Assembly (NCBI GenBank): GCA_902617955.1
Contig: CACMYW010000002.1
Coordinates: forward strand, 1-58,897
From: an uncultured SAR86 cluster bacterium
Lineage (GTDB): Bacteria; Pseudomonadota; Gammaproteobacteria; Magnimaribacterales; D2472
Direction of reading: 5' to 3'
DNA: 58,897 nt
A program made the position numbers and the translations under genes. Shown in pieces: positions 28,134-37,731 of this stretch. A model generated the notes under the pieces. The model was not told where the DNA came from, ran no database searches, and saw nothing but the letters and a program-made list of their open reading frames with translations. The stretch's first letter is position 1, and the number at the start of each line of letters is the position of its first letter.

Positions 28134-29297
28134 TCATTTTAAGTCATAAAATTCTTTATGTATTAAGGAAGATAAATCAACATTCGAAATAGTTTCCACT
28201 ATTCTTTTAGCAGCTCCGCCATCTCCATAAGGGTTTCGTACATTCAGAAGGCGCTCCTTAAACTCTTGGCTATAAGAATCTTTAATTGCTTTTTGAATAT
28301 CTTGGGATAGAGGTTTGCAGTTAATCACGCTTTTAGACTGGATTCTTCCTTTTTGTCTATCTCCAATATTAATTGTTGCTTTTCTGAAACTTGGAGCCTC
28401 ATGGAGACCACTTGAAGAATTTCCGACAATAGCATCTACCTGTGCTAAGCAACTTAAATATCTTACTTGACCTAGAGAGATAAAAACATATGCATTCTTA
28501 TTAGATGAAACATAGTCTTCTATCTTTTCAAAAATAACCTGGCTGTCACCATCAGCATTTGGCATTGTGAATATCAAAGATGTATTCCGAAGATTAGATA
28601 AGGCATCTAAAAGCTCTGAAATTTGCTTTAAAGAAGACCCATCTTCAAGCGTAACTGGATGAAAGGTTATTAATAGATTTTTTTTTAAAAATTTAATATT
28701 GAGATCTTTTTCTAGTTTATTCTTTGGAATAAGATTTATATCATTTATAGCATCAACTCCAAGACCACCAACATTAAATACACGCTCTGGTTTCTCGCCA
28801 AGCTGTATCACTCTTTTACGGTAAACTTCATTACCTACAAAATGAAGATGAGAAAATTTTGTGATCGAGTGCCTTATCGCATCATCAATTGCTCCTTCTG
28901 TGAGCTCTCCTCCATGTATGTGGGCGATTGGTATTCTTGCAAACATAGCAGCAATAACTGCTGACAAAATTTCAAACCTATCTCCCAAAACAAGAATCAT
29001 GTCAGGATTTAATAATTCAAATTCACCTGCAAATCCACTTAAACCAATAGATGTAGATTTTGAGATTCCTATTGGTGTATCAGATACCAAATTTATATCA
29101 ATTTTTGAATTAATTTTAAAACCATCTCCCTCAACCTCGTTTATTGTTTCCCCAAATTTTTTAGAAAGATGCGAGCCTGTTACAATTAATTGCAGTTGAA
29201 AGAGTTCAGAGACATCTAATATCTTAATTAATTTTCTTAACAAGCCATATTCTGCACGAGAGCCTGTTATCACACATATTTTTTTTATATCAAGCAT
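28134..29297 (-). CDS. neuC: hydrolysing NDP-N-acetylglucosamine-type 2-epimerase (NeuC/LegG family)
   Basis: VITGSRAEYGLL, HIHGGE and HPVT motifs. 387 aa. Confidence 0.88.
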   Translation of the reverse strand: MLDIKKICVITGSRAEYGLLRKLIKILDVSELFQLQLIVTGSHLSKKFGETINEVEGDGFKINSKIDINLVSDTPIGISKSTSIGLSGFAGEFELLNPDMILVLGDRFEILSAVIAAMFARIPIAHIHGGELTEGAIDDAIRHSITKFSHLHFVGNEVYRKRVIQLGEKPERVFNVGGLGVDAINDINLIPKNKLEKDLNIKFLKKNLLITFHPVTLEDGSSLKQISELLDALSNLRNTSLIFTMPNADGDSQVIFEKIEDYVSSNKNAYVFISLGQVRYLSCLAQVDAIVGNSSSGLHEAPSFRKATINIGDRQKGRIQSKSVINCKPLSQDIQKAIKDSYSQEFKERLLNVRNPYGDGGAAKRIVETISNVDLSSLIHKEFYDLK

Positions 29298-29469
29298 ATT
29301 AAATCTATCTTATATTAATAAGGAAATTATTTATTTTTAATTATAAATAACTTATCTAATATCTTTTAATGATTATGGCTTTACTGAAAAATAAAAATTC
29401 TAGATTTTATTTACTGATATTTTTAGATAAATCAAATGCTCTTAAAAACAGTTATATAGGCAAGCTAGA

Positions 29470-31239
29470 CTATGAGTAGTCAAAAAAGGTTAAGTTGCCA
29501 TCTTTTAATTCAAAGATCTTATTGCATCCATATAAGTTTTCTTTTTTATGAGAAACAATCAAAATAGTCTTTTCTTTAAGGTTATAAATGGATTCTAATA
29601 CCTTGGCTTCGCTCTTTTCATCAAGTGAACTGGTAATTTCATCTAAGATCAATAAATTTGGATTCCTAATAAGTGCCCTTGCAATACCTATCCTTTGTTT
29701 TTGACCACCAGAAATATTTTTTTCGTTAATAATTTTCTTATCAGAATTAGTTTCAAGTCTAGTTACAAAATTTTCAAGGTCTGCTAGTCTAAGACACTTT
29801 TTGGCATGCTCAATTTTATCGCTAGTATATTCCTTATCAATAAATAAATTTATAAATAAAGAATCATTTAGGAGTGTGACCTCTTGTGGAACATATCCTA
29901 TTTTCGATTGCCATGAATTGTGGTTATTATTAGAAATTTCTAATCCATCGACTAAAATTTTTCCTCTTGATGGGCTTATGAGTCCCATGATTAAATCCAA
30001 AAGTGTTGATTTACCTCCACCAGACTTTCCAATAATACCTACACGATCATTTTTATTAATTTTTAAATTTATATCTTCAAGTTGATATTTTTTTGCATTT
30101 TCATATTTAAAATAAACATTCTCTAAAGTTAAGGTCTCTTTAAGCCTAATTTGGGTCGAGTCTTGTTTGTATATTTTCTTTTGCTCATTTTCTCTATAAG
30201 TTTCTATTCCACTTATTAAATTATCAATAATTTCGTCAAGATACTTAAGACTTGAAATTCCAATATAAATGCTTTGCATAGCCGGTTTAATTCTTATTAC
30301 CGCATATGTAAATAAAGCAAAATATGGAACAAGTTCTTGAACTATTGGAGCCTCTACGCCGCCATTAGTAATAATAAGTAACAGTGCAGCTAAAATTACT
30401 ACTGAAAATATTAATCCCTCAACTACAAAAGCAGAAGTCTGGTTTGCGGTCATAAATCTTGCCATAGATGAACCAGAAACTTTTGCAGCATCATCGTATT
30501 TTTTAATAAAAAAATTTTCTTGATTTTGAATCTTAATCATTTTGATTAAATTTGCTGCATCAATAATATGCTTATGTCGCTTCTCATTTGATGCGGAGAG
30601 AGATGCCCCAGCATTTTTTATAAAAGAATTTAATGAATTAAAAGTTAAAAGATATAAAACAATAAAGCTCACTAAAGCAATTAGTGTGGGTAATGGACTT
30701 ATTAATAAAAAAATTGAGCTGAGTAAAACTAAGAATATTGTTTGAGAAAAACCAATAACAACTGCCCTGAAAACTTTGTCCACAAAATAATCTACTTCAG
30801 AAATAACTGTTTTAGATGCATCTGCAGCATTGTGATTATAATAGAAAGAATATTCTGCATTTAAATAAACACTTAATAATCTTTTTGATAGACCAATCCT
30901 ATTTTCTTCAATGTATTTATTCATGTTATGTGAGGTGTAGGCCCTTAAAATTGTAGAAATTAAAATTAAGCCAGCAGATAGGACGCCCAAAAAAATTAAA
31001 AAACTATCTTTATCTATTTCGATCTTATTATTAAGAAGAGAATATATGTAAGAAAGAAAGCCATCGCCATTCAGTTGAGCAGGATCAATTATTAACATCA
31101 GGAATGGGAGTATTGATATGATCCCAATTGCATCAAGAAATGAAGCAAAAAACTGAACAAGAACTAATAATGCAAACTTTGTTCTTTGCTTTCTTGAAAG
31201 AAGTGTAAAAATTTTTGCTATCATTGCCTTGAGATTCAA
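29470..31239 (-). CDS. fused ABC transporter permease/ATPase (MsbA/PglK-like exporter)
   Basis: N-terminal 6-TM domain, Walker A GKSGGGKST, signature ISGGQKQRIGIARAL and Walker B LLILDEITSSLD. Confidence 0.88.
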   Translation of the reverse strand: MNLKAMIAKIFTLLSRKQRTKFALLVLVQFFASFLDAIGIISILPFLMLIIDPAQLNGDGFLSYIYSLLNNKIEIDKDSFLIFLGVLSAGLILISTILRAYTSHNMNKYIEENRIGLSKRLLSVYLNAEYSFYYNHNAADASKTVISEVDYFVDKVFRAVVIGFSQTIFLVLLSSIFLLISPLPTLIALVSFIVLYLLTFNSLNSFIKNAGASLSASNEKRHKHIIDAANLIKMIKIQNQENFFIKKYDDAAKVSGSSMARFMTANQTSAFVVEGLIFSVVILAALLLIITNGGVEAPIVQELVPYFALFTYAVIRIKPAMQSIYIGISSLKYLDEIIDNLISGIETYRENEQKKIYKQDSTQIRLKETLTLENVYFKYENAKKYQLEDINLKINKNDRVGIIGKSGGGKSTLLDLIMGLISPSRGKILVDGLEISNNNHNSWQSKIGYVPQEVTLLNDSLFINLFIDKEYTSDKIEHAKKCLRLADLENFVTRLETNSDKKIINEKNISGGQKQRIGIARALIRNPNLLILDEITSSLDEKSEAKVLESIYNLKEKTILIVSHKKENLYGCNKIFELKDGNLTFFDYS

Positions 31240-31392
31240 TCTATATCAGTATTTTCTTAAGATAAATTAATTACTAAGTTTATGTAATTGTATTAGAAAT
31301 TAAATAATATTTTTTACTTAAATAAATATTTAGGCTGAGTAATAAAATCATTTCAAAAATTAACTTATTAATTTACAAGTAATTCAATAATT

Positions 31393-31485
31393 TTATCTAC
31401 TAAAAAGATCAAAGCCAGTATGAAATAGAATAACAGGCAGAACTACTAATGCTCTCAAACCATCAATTTCAACCCTATAATTCAT
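31393..31485 (-). pseudogene. N-terminal remnant (30 codons + stop) of an acyltransferase-3 (OafA-like) gene
   Basis: Hand translation gives MNYRVEIDGLRALVVLPVILFHTGFDLFSR-stop. About 21 of the first 26 residues match the start of the intact acyltransferase at 37560 (MNYRPEIDGLRALAVLPVILFHAGFE). Confidence 0.8.
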
Positions 31486-31533
31486 ACAAAAATTATCTCT
31501 TTAAGCTTTAGTTAGCCTTACATAAACTTAATA

Positions 31534-31887
31534 TTACTCTTGCATACCAAATAGATAATCATGATGTGACAACTGATCAATTAAGTGGTATCCATTTGTG
31601 TGAAGAAAACTTTTTAGGCGATTAATATCTCTAGATTCAACCAAAATATATTTAAAGGAATACTTAAAAAAATTAACCCCTTTCAAAACTTCTAATTCTG
31701 CTCCTTCTACATCAAGTGATAATAAATCAATTACTGCGGGTGCATTAGTAGCGTCTAAAATACTAGATAAAGTTCTTGCTTTTGCTCCAAAACTCAGTGA
31801 CTTTTCATATTTGTTAAATCCCTTTCTTGCCTGATCAATAAAATCTTTTTTATTATTCGTCTTATCATATGGTTTTAAGGTAATTTT
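31534..31887 (-). pseudogene. C-terminal remnant of an FkbM-family methyltransferase (no start codon, N-terminal half missing)
   Basis: Hand translation gives KITLKPYDKTNNKKDFIDQARKGFNKYEKSLSFGAKARTLSSILDATNAPAVIDLLSLDVEGAELEVLKGVNFFKYSFKYILVESRDINRLKSFLHTNGYHLIDQLSHHDYLFGMQE-stop. (I/L)DLLxxDVEGAELEVLKG is the FkbM hallmark. The frame has no ATG except 3 codons from its end. Only 77 nt separate it from the next gene. Confidence 0.8.
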
Positions 31888-31964
31888 TTACAATTATTTC
31901 ATTTAAATTACATTAAGACTTCCGTTGACCAAATTCATAATTAACTTCACAAAGTATTACAACC

Positions 31965-33098
31965 TTAGGTATTTATCAGGTCTAGGCATTTGCTGTAAGC
32001 ATATGCAACAGCATGATAGCCTTTCTTATTAAGATGTTTCCAGTCTAATGGTCCATGAACAGGAATACCCTCTCTTGTTAATGACAAAATGCTCGATGTT
32101 GCATCACAAAAATGCCAATCATTTTTATCAAGATAAGAACTTATAACTTCGCGAATATATCTGCTCCTTTGATCATTAAACTCACCTGTGGTTTCAAAAT
32201 ACTCATTGCCTTGGTAGCTTTGTACTTTTAATTTACCATTAATTTCGTATGAGCTTGTTACAGAAGGAATATAAAGCAGTAAGAAATTATAAGCATCTGG
32301 CAACATGGTTTTTATCGAGTCTAGACTAGACATCAAGAGATTTACACTTTGATCAAGCTCATCATCATTTAATTCTGTTGCTGCTGATTGCGGATAAGTA
32401 TCTTTATATGCCTCAAAAAAATTATTAGTCAAAGGATTCTCATTTTTAGGTTTCTCTAACTCATCATTAATGTAGTCATCAAAAATTTTTAATAATCTTC
32501 TTAACTCTTTGAACATGAACTCATAAACTGGAAGAAAGAATCTAATTTTATAAGTTAGCTCATTAAATTTCCTCTCTTTCTCAACCAAATTATTATTAAG
32601 ATCATTTCCTTCATAAAATACAAAAGTTACTTGTGATCGAATAATTTCGTCCGTATTAAAATCCGTGTAAGTTGAAAGAAGTGGATAGCAATGCTTGAAT
32701 TCCATCACTGTTCCAATATTCCCGTATCCTCCGCGTCCAAAAATTAATGCACTGCTTTTGGTATCTTTAAGTTTATTAAAAATACCGTATTCTGGATCTG
32801 AGCTTAAAAATTCATCTCCAGCTCCTTCGCTAAAACTATCTCCAAATACAAAGTTTATTTGGCTTAAATTTTTGCCATCATAATGATAAAGGGTTCTGTA
32901 ACAAGGCAAGATTGATCCTGCTACTATTACAGGAAGATTTTTTAAAATTTTTGGTGAGTAGTAAACAAATGTAAAGTTAACTAAAGTGATAAGAAGAAAT
33001 GTTATTACAAGAATAGTCATGATATCTCTATTAGTACTTTTCTTAATCAAGCTCATATCTTTCTTTGTAATTTTCTTTGAGTGATGTGTCCTGCTCAT
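31965..33098 (-). CDS. membrane-anchored hypothetical protein, possible SGNH/GDSL-type esterase/acyltransferase
   Basis: One N-terminal TM segment. FVFGDSFSEGAGD resembles SGNH block I. Alternative starts at 33056 or 33020 would reduce or remove the 56-nt overlap with the carbamoyltransferase. Confidence 0.35.
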   Translation of the reverse strand: MSRTHHSKKITKKDMSLIKKSTNRDIMTILVITFLLITLVNFTFVYYSPKILKNLPVIVAGSILPCYRTLYHYDGKNLSQINFVFGDSFSEGAGDEFLSSDPEYGIFNKLKDTKSSALIFGRGGYGNIGTVMEFKHCYPLLSTYTDFNTDEIIRSQVTFVFYEGNDLNNNLVEKERKFNELTYKIRFFLPVYEFMFKELRRLLKIFDDYINDELEKPKNENPLTNNFFEAYKDTYPQSAATELNDDELDQSVNLLMSSLDSIKTMLPDAYNFLLLYIPSVTSSYEINGKLKVQSYQGNEYFETTGEFNDQRSRYIREVISSYLDKNDWHFCDATSSILSLTREGIPVHGPLDWKHLNKKGYHAVAYAYSKCLDLINT

Positions 33099-34881
33099 AT
33101 TTCAATAAAAAACAGTTTCCAATAACCAATATATCTAGTTCTGTACCCATAAAACATTTAAAGGCATCTAATGGTGAACAAACAATGGGTTCACCCCTTA
33201 CATTAAAGGAAGTGTTAACAACCAGTGGATAACCGGTTTTCTCCTTGAATTTTGTAATAACAGCATGATAAAGGGGATTAGTGTCTGCATGAACAGTTTG
33301 AATTCTCGCACTGTAATCCACATGAGTAATTGCTGGAACAGAAGAACGCGGAACATTTAACTTATCAATTCCAAATAGAAGTTCATTCTCTTGAGATACT
33401 GAAAGACGTTTTTGCTCTCTTACTTTTGTAACCAATAACATATAGGGACTATCTTCATCATGTTCAAACCAATCACTAACTTCTTCACGTAAAACACTTG
33501 GTGCAAAGGGTCTAAAACTTTCTCTAAATTTCACTTTTAGATTTAACTGTTTTTGCATTGTTGGTGAGCGTGGATCAGCAATAATGCTTCTCCCACCTAG
33601 CGCCCTAGGTCCAAACTCCATTCTGCCCTGCATCCAGCCGACTGCTTTTCCATTGGCAAGTGCCGATGCAACATTTTCTATTAACTCCGCATTTAAATGT
33701 TTTCTATAAATGGCGCCGGCTGAATTTAGCTGGTCTTCTATTTCAAAATCTGAATATCCTGGGCCTAAATAAGAACCCTTCATTGCATCACGTTGAGTTG
33801 AAGGATTGCGCTTATTAGTATTATGTAAATACCATGCACAAAAGGCTGCTCCCAGCGAGCCACCGGCATCACCAGCAGCTGGTTGTATCCAGATGTTATC
33901 AAAGATTTTTTCTTTCAATAATACGCCGTTAATTACGCAATTTAACGCAACCCCACCAGCAAGACACAAATTTCGCATACCAGTTTCCTTTGAAATGTTT
34001 TTTGCCATTTTTATAACAACTTCTTCCACAACTTTCTGTATTGATGCAGCTAAATCCATTTCTCGCTGTGTTAAATCTGTTTCTGAAGTTCGGGGTGGTC
34101 CTCCAAATAGTAAGTCAAATTTTTTACTGGTCATTGTAAGTCCGGTTGCATAATCAAAGTAGCTCATATCAAGCCAAAAGCTTCCATCCTCATGAATTTT
34201 TATTAAATTCTCTTTTATTAAATCAACATATTTTGGCTTTCCGTATGGTGCTAAACCCATTACCTTATATTCACCTGAATTTACTTTGAAGCCAGTGTAA
34301 AAAGTAAATGCTGAATAAAGTAAGCCTAGAGAGTGCGGAAACATAATTTCCTTTAAAACTCTTAAATTAGAGCCTTCTCCTATTGCCACTGAAGATGTTG
34401 TCCACTCACCCACTCCATCTATTGTTAATATAGCTGCTTTTTCAAAGGGCGATGGATAAAAGGCACTGGCTGCATGCGATAAATGATGCTCAGAAAATAA
34501 TATACGGTCATGCCATTTTGTTTCCTCACCAAGAATAGTAATAAGATCTTTTATCAATTGTGATTTTTGAAATAACTTATCCTTAATCCATAAAGGCATT
34601 GCCATTGCAAAGCTTTTAAATCCCTTAGGTGCAAATGCTAGATATGTTTCAAGAAGACGTTCAAACTTTAAAAAAGGTTTTTCATAGAAAATCACATGAC
34701 TGATCTCGTTAGCATTAATATTTGCCTCTTTTAAACAATACTCAATAGCATTTTTTGGGAAACTACTGTCATGCTTCTTTCGCGTAAATCGTTCTTCTTG
34801 AGCAGCAGCTACTATTTCACCATTTTTTATTAAAGATGCAGCACTATCATGATAAAAAGCAGATATACCAAGTATAAACAT
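33043..34881 (-). CDS. carbamoyltransferase (NodU/CmcH family)
   Basis: 612 aa. N-terminal MFILGISAFYHDSAASL. Both the N-terminal kinase-like domain and the C-terminal carbamoyltransferase domain are present by length. Confidence 0.88.
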   Translation of the reverse strand: MFILGISAFYHDSAASLIKNGEIVAAAQEERFTRKKHDSSFPKNAIEYCLKEANINANEISHVIFYEKPFLKFERLLETYLAFAPKGFKSFAMAMPLWIKDKLFQKSQLIKDLITILGEETKWHDRILFSEHHLSHAASAFYPSPFEKAAILTIDGVGEWTTSSVAIGEGSNLRVLKEIMFPHSLGLLYSAFTFYTGFKVNSGEYKVMGLAPYGKPKYVDLIKENLIKIHEDGSFWLDMSYFDYATGLTMTSKKFDLLFGGPPRTSETDLTQREMDLAASIQKVVEEVVIKMAKNISKETGMRNLCLAGGVALNCVINGVLLKEKIFDNIWIQPAAGDAGGSLGAAFCAWYLHNTNKRNPSTQRDAMKGSYLGPGYSDFEIEDQLNSAGAIYRKHLNAELIENVASALANGKAVGWMQGRMEFGPRALGGRSIIADPRSPTMQKQLNLKVKFRESFRPFAPSVLREEVSDWFEHDEDSPYMLLVTKVREQKRLSVSQENELLFGIDKLNVPRSSVPAITHVDYSARIQTVHADTNPLYHAVITKFKEKTGYPLVVNTSFNVRGEPIVCSPLDAFKCFMGTELDILVIGNCFLLKYEQDTSLKENYKERYELD

Positions 34882-34890
34882 GTTTTAAAT

Positions 34891-35040
34891 CTAGAATATC
34901 GTATATATAAAAGGAGCAATAACAGAGCCCTGAGCCAAAATCAATAAGCCACCCAAAATCAACATTACAAAGATAATTGGGGTTAACCAAAGCTTTTTAC
35001 GTACTCGAAGAAATGTAAGAAGCTCTTTTAAAAAATTCAT
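34891..35040 (-). CDS. 49-aa single-TM protein, DUF5989/SxtK-like (absent from the supplied ORF track)
   Basis: Hand translation gives MNFLKELLTFLRVRKKLWLTPIIFVMLILGGLLILAQGSVIAPFIYTIF-stop. It lies 9 nt upstream of the carbamoyltransferase ATG and 14 nt after the SxtJ-like stop. This small protein class typically accompanies SxtJ-like and carbamoyltransferase genes. Confidence 0.7.
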   Translation of the reverse strand: MNFLKELLTFLRVRKKLWLTPIIFVMLILGGLLILAQGSVIAPFIYTIF

Positions 35041-35054
35041 AGCTTATCTATACA

Positions 35055-35453
35055 TTAAAACTGATTTTTAAATAATGTTACTTGCGGTCCTTGTTTGCGT
35101 TTTACCCAGTCACTATCATTCTTTTTGTATCTCAGATTCAATTCGTCTCGTCCAAACAGTCGCATAATAATAGCCATGGGAGTAAAAATTCCAAAGAAAA
35201 TAACACCCATTACAATTGGGCCAATAATTTTTCCTATTAGAAATCCAAATCGCATCCATATGACGTTAAGAGGAGACAACACTTTTGGATTAAAAATACT
35301 TATTACCAAGAAAGTGACAAACAGCAATCCAAACATGTATAACAATATTTCATGGTCATCCAAGTAAAAGTAAATTGCAGCGATTAAGAAGATTAAAGTA
35401 AAAAATAAACCAAACTTCCGGTTTGAGGGTAATTCTATATTTGTATGGTCCAT
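35055..35453 (-). CDS. SxtJ-family small membrane protein
   Basis: 132 aa. Has NRKFGLFFTLIFLIAAIYF, further TM segments and a basic C-terminal tail (RLFGRDELNLRYKK). It occupies the usual SxtJ position next to a carbamoyltransferase. Confidence 0.6.
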   Translation of the reverse strand: MDHTNIELPSNRKFGLFFTLIFLIAAIYFYLDDHEILLYMFGLLFVTFLVISIFNPKVLSPLNVIWMRFGFLIGKIIGPIVMGVIFFGIFTPMAIIMRLFGRDELNLRYKKNDSDWVKRKQGPQVTLFKNQF

Positions 35454-35598
35454 ATAGTTTTTTTTATTTTTTTTACGTTAAAAATAATAAATATAATCTC
35501 TTACAGCATACCATTTTATGTTTAAGTTAATTACTTATAAGTTTTCAAAAATTGCATTTTAACATTTCAAAGTCTTGTAAACTCAGACCAATAATACT

Positions 35599-37560
35599 CT
35601 AATTTAAAATCACTTTTAGATCATTTAGTAAGAGCTTTGCTCCTTCAGAATTGAAATGATTTTCGTCAGAATATATCAATTTTTTCATATATATTGGTGA
35701 GCACATATTATTCGTTGAGCCTGATTTTCTACAGACATAATTTGAAGGAAAAACTCTTAGTACATTATCTCCCTCAATCTTATTTAGTAGATCAAAGGCC
35801 TTTTCTGATCTTTCATTGAAATATTTTTTTTCGTAGGAGTTATTTAAATTTTTTCCCCACAATAATCCTTTTGCATACAATTTATACTGATCAAAACCAA
35901 ATTCAGGTATTGGATAAATTAATATAAGTTGTGAACTAATTTCAGCGAGCCTGTGCAGATATTGTTCTACAGCATCTACATATTCATATTGAGAATCATC
36001 AATCGCAATGAAAGGTCTATATGTATCAGATTCCTCTCTAAAAAATTCTCCATCAGATAAGTAAAGTGGTAATCTACCGCCGACAACAATAATAGGATTG
36101 TCAAGCTCATTAATAAGCTTAAATCTCTCATTTTGGATTCTAAAACTACATGATTCCTGCTCTATTCCTGTTTTAGAAAATACTTTTCTAAATCCTAAAA
36201 CAGGGAAGCACTCTCCAGCAATCAACGGTATGAGAGTATAATCTTTGCTAAATTGATCATCCATGAAAACATTCACTAAAGATAATAAATGGCTATCTCC
36301 GATGAATATAATTTCTTTGCCTTTACCAATCCTGCATGTTTCATGGATATCCTTAATTTCAAAACAATTTTTACCAGATGGCAAAGTAATATCTCTATAA
36401 TCCACAAATTCTTGGAACTTGTTAATTCTATACTCGGCACCTTCTGATTTATCTAGTATTAAACCTATTGAGATAAATAAAATAATAAATGATGCTAATA
36501 ATTTAAAAATTGTAGTTCTTTTTACATAATTTTTTTGCCTAAATGGTCTTTCAACAAATAGCCAAGTTAGCCATCCTATAAATATTGACATCAAGCATAA
36601 AAATATCAGAATAGTCACTGATTCATCCTCAAAAAATCTATGCTTATAAAATGCTAGCAAAGGTTGGTGCCACAAATATGCGCTATAGGAAATAAGGCCC
36701 ATTCCGACAAATAATTTCATGCTGAGTAATTTATAAACGAAAGTCTTTGGTACAGCACATAAAATTAATAACAATGTTCCAATTGTAGGGATAAGGGCAT
36801 ATAAACCAGGAAAAGGCGTTGATTCATTAAAAGTGATAATCGAATAAACGATCATTCCAATACCTAATATGCTTAACAATTGATTAAAAAAATAAGAGCT
36901 AAAATGTAAATTATTCTTGAGATAAAATGCAGCAAAAACTCCAATTAGCAATTCCCAGCCTCTGGATGGCAAAAGAAAGAATGTACCTGATATTAATCTA
37001 GGAGTATTGGAATTCTGTATCCAAAATATCGCAAGAATTAAACTAACCAAAAAAGCTATAGATAGCAATATAAGTATAGTTTTAATTCCTAATCGCCAAG
37101 TGGTTAACAAGAATAAAGGGAATAATAAATAAAACTGCTCCTCAACTGCCAAACTCCAAGTATGAAGCAGAGGTTTCAACTCAGCTGCATTATCAAAGTA
37201 ACCGCTCTCCAACCAAAAGAGAATGTTTGATGAAAAAGTTGCAACAGCAATGAGGCTCTGCCCAAAGTCCTTTAAGTCATTAGGTGTAAGCCATAACCAT
37301 GCAAAAGGAAGAGATATAAACATCACAAAAAATAATGCTGGTAAAAGTCGTCGAGTTCTTCGCTCATAGAAGTTGATGAGGCTAAATGTACCTTTATCCA
37401 TTTCAGAGATAATAATGTTTGTTATTAAATAGCCGCTAATAACAAAAAAAACGTCAACCCCTACAAATCCTCCATCAAACCATTCAAAACCAGCATGAAA
37501 TAAAATTACCGGTAATACTGCTAAAGCTCTAAGCCCATCTATTTCTGGTCTATAATTCAT
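35599..37560 (-). CDS. acyltransferase family 3 O-acetyltransferase with a C-terminal SGNH-like domain (OafA/OatA-like)
   Basis: N-terminal RPEIDGLRALAVLPVILFHAG motif, ~10 TM segments, then a ~270-aa soluble domain (IFIGDSH). Confidence 0.88.
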   Translation of the reverse strand: MNYRPEIDGLRALAVLPVILFHAGFEWFDGGFVGVDVFFVISGYLITNIIISEMDKGTFSLINFYERRTRRLLPALFFVMFISLPFAWLWLTPNDLKDFGQSLIAVATFSSNILFWLESGYFDNAAELKPLLHTWSLAVEEQFYLLFPLFLLTTWRLGIKTILILLSIAFLVSLILAIFWIQNSNTPRLISGTFFLLPSRGWELLIGVFAAFYLKNNLHFSSYFFNQLLSILGIGMIVYSIITFNESTPFPGLYALIPTIGTLLLILCAVPKTFVYKLLSMKLFVGMGLISYSAYLWHQPLLAFYKHRFFEDESVTILIFLCLMSIFIGWLTWLFVERPFRQKNYVKRTTIFKLLASFIILFISIGLILDKSEGAEYRINKFQEFVDYRDITLPSGKNCFEIKDIHETCRIGKGKEIIFIGDSHLLSLVNVFMDDQFSKDYTLIPLIAGECFPVLGFRKVFSKTGIEQESCSFRIQNERFKLINELDNPIIVVGGRLPLYLSDGEFFREESDTYRPFIAIDDSQYEYVDAVEQYLHRLAEISSQLILIYPIPEFGFDQYKLYAKGLLWGKNLNNSYEKKYFNERSEKAFDLLNKIEGDNVLRVFPSNYVCRKSGSTNNMCSPIYMKKLIYSDENHFNSEGAKLLLNDLKVILN

Positions 37561-37731
37561 AACTTATTTTCTGCTTCACAAATAAAGGAATCTCTTAAAG
37601 ATACATAAACTAATCTTTTGTGCTGGGATGATTAAAAAGCTATAAAAATTTTATATTGTTCCCCATCACCATCGCATAGTTTAAAACCCCTTAGATACAG
37701 TACTTTTAAAACATTTTGTACGAAGTTTGTA

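Noticed and set aside
31240-31392. Looked for further gene fragments or structured RNA in the remaining 150 bp of the long spacer.
   Set aside because: The sequence is extremely AT-rich with stops in all frames and no stems containing G-C pairs. It is probably promoter or spacer DNA for the ABC transporter gene.
31393-31485. The 30-aa MNYRVEIDGLRAL... ORF as a genuine small protein.
   Set aside because: It is simply the first ~26 residues of an acyltransferase-3 protein followed by a few out-of-context codons and a stop. It lacks the rest of the 10-TM enzyme and is best read as a remnant.
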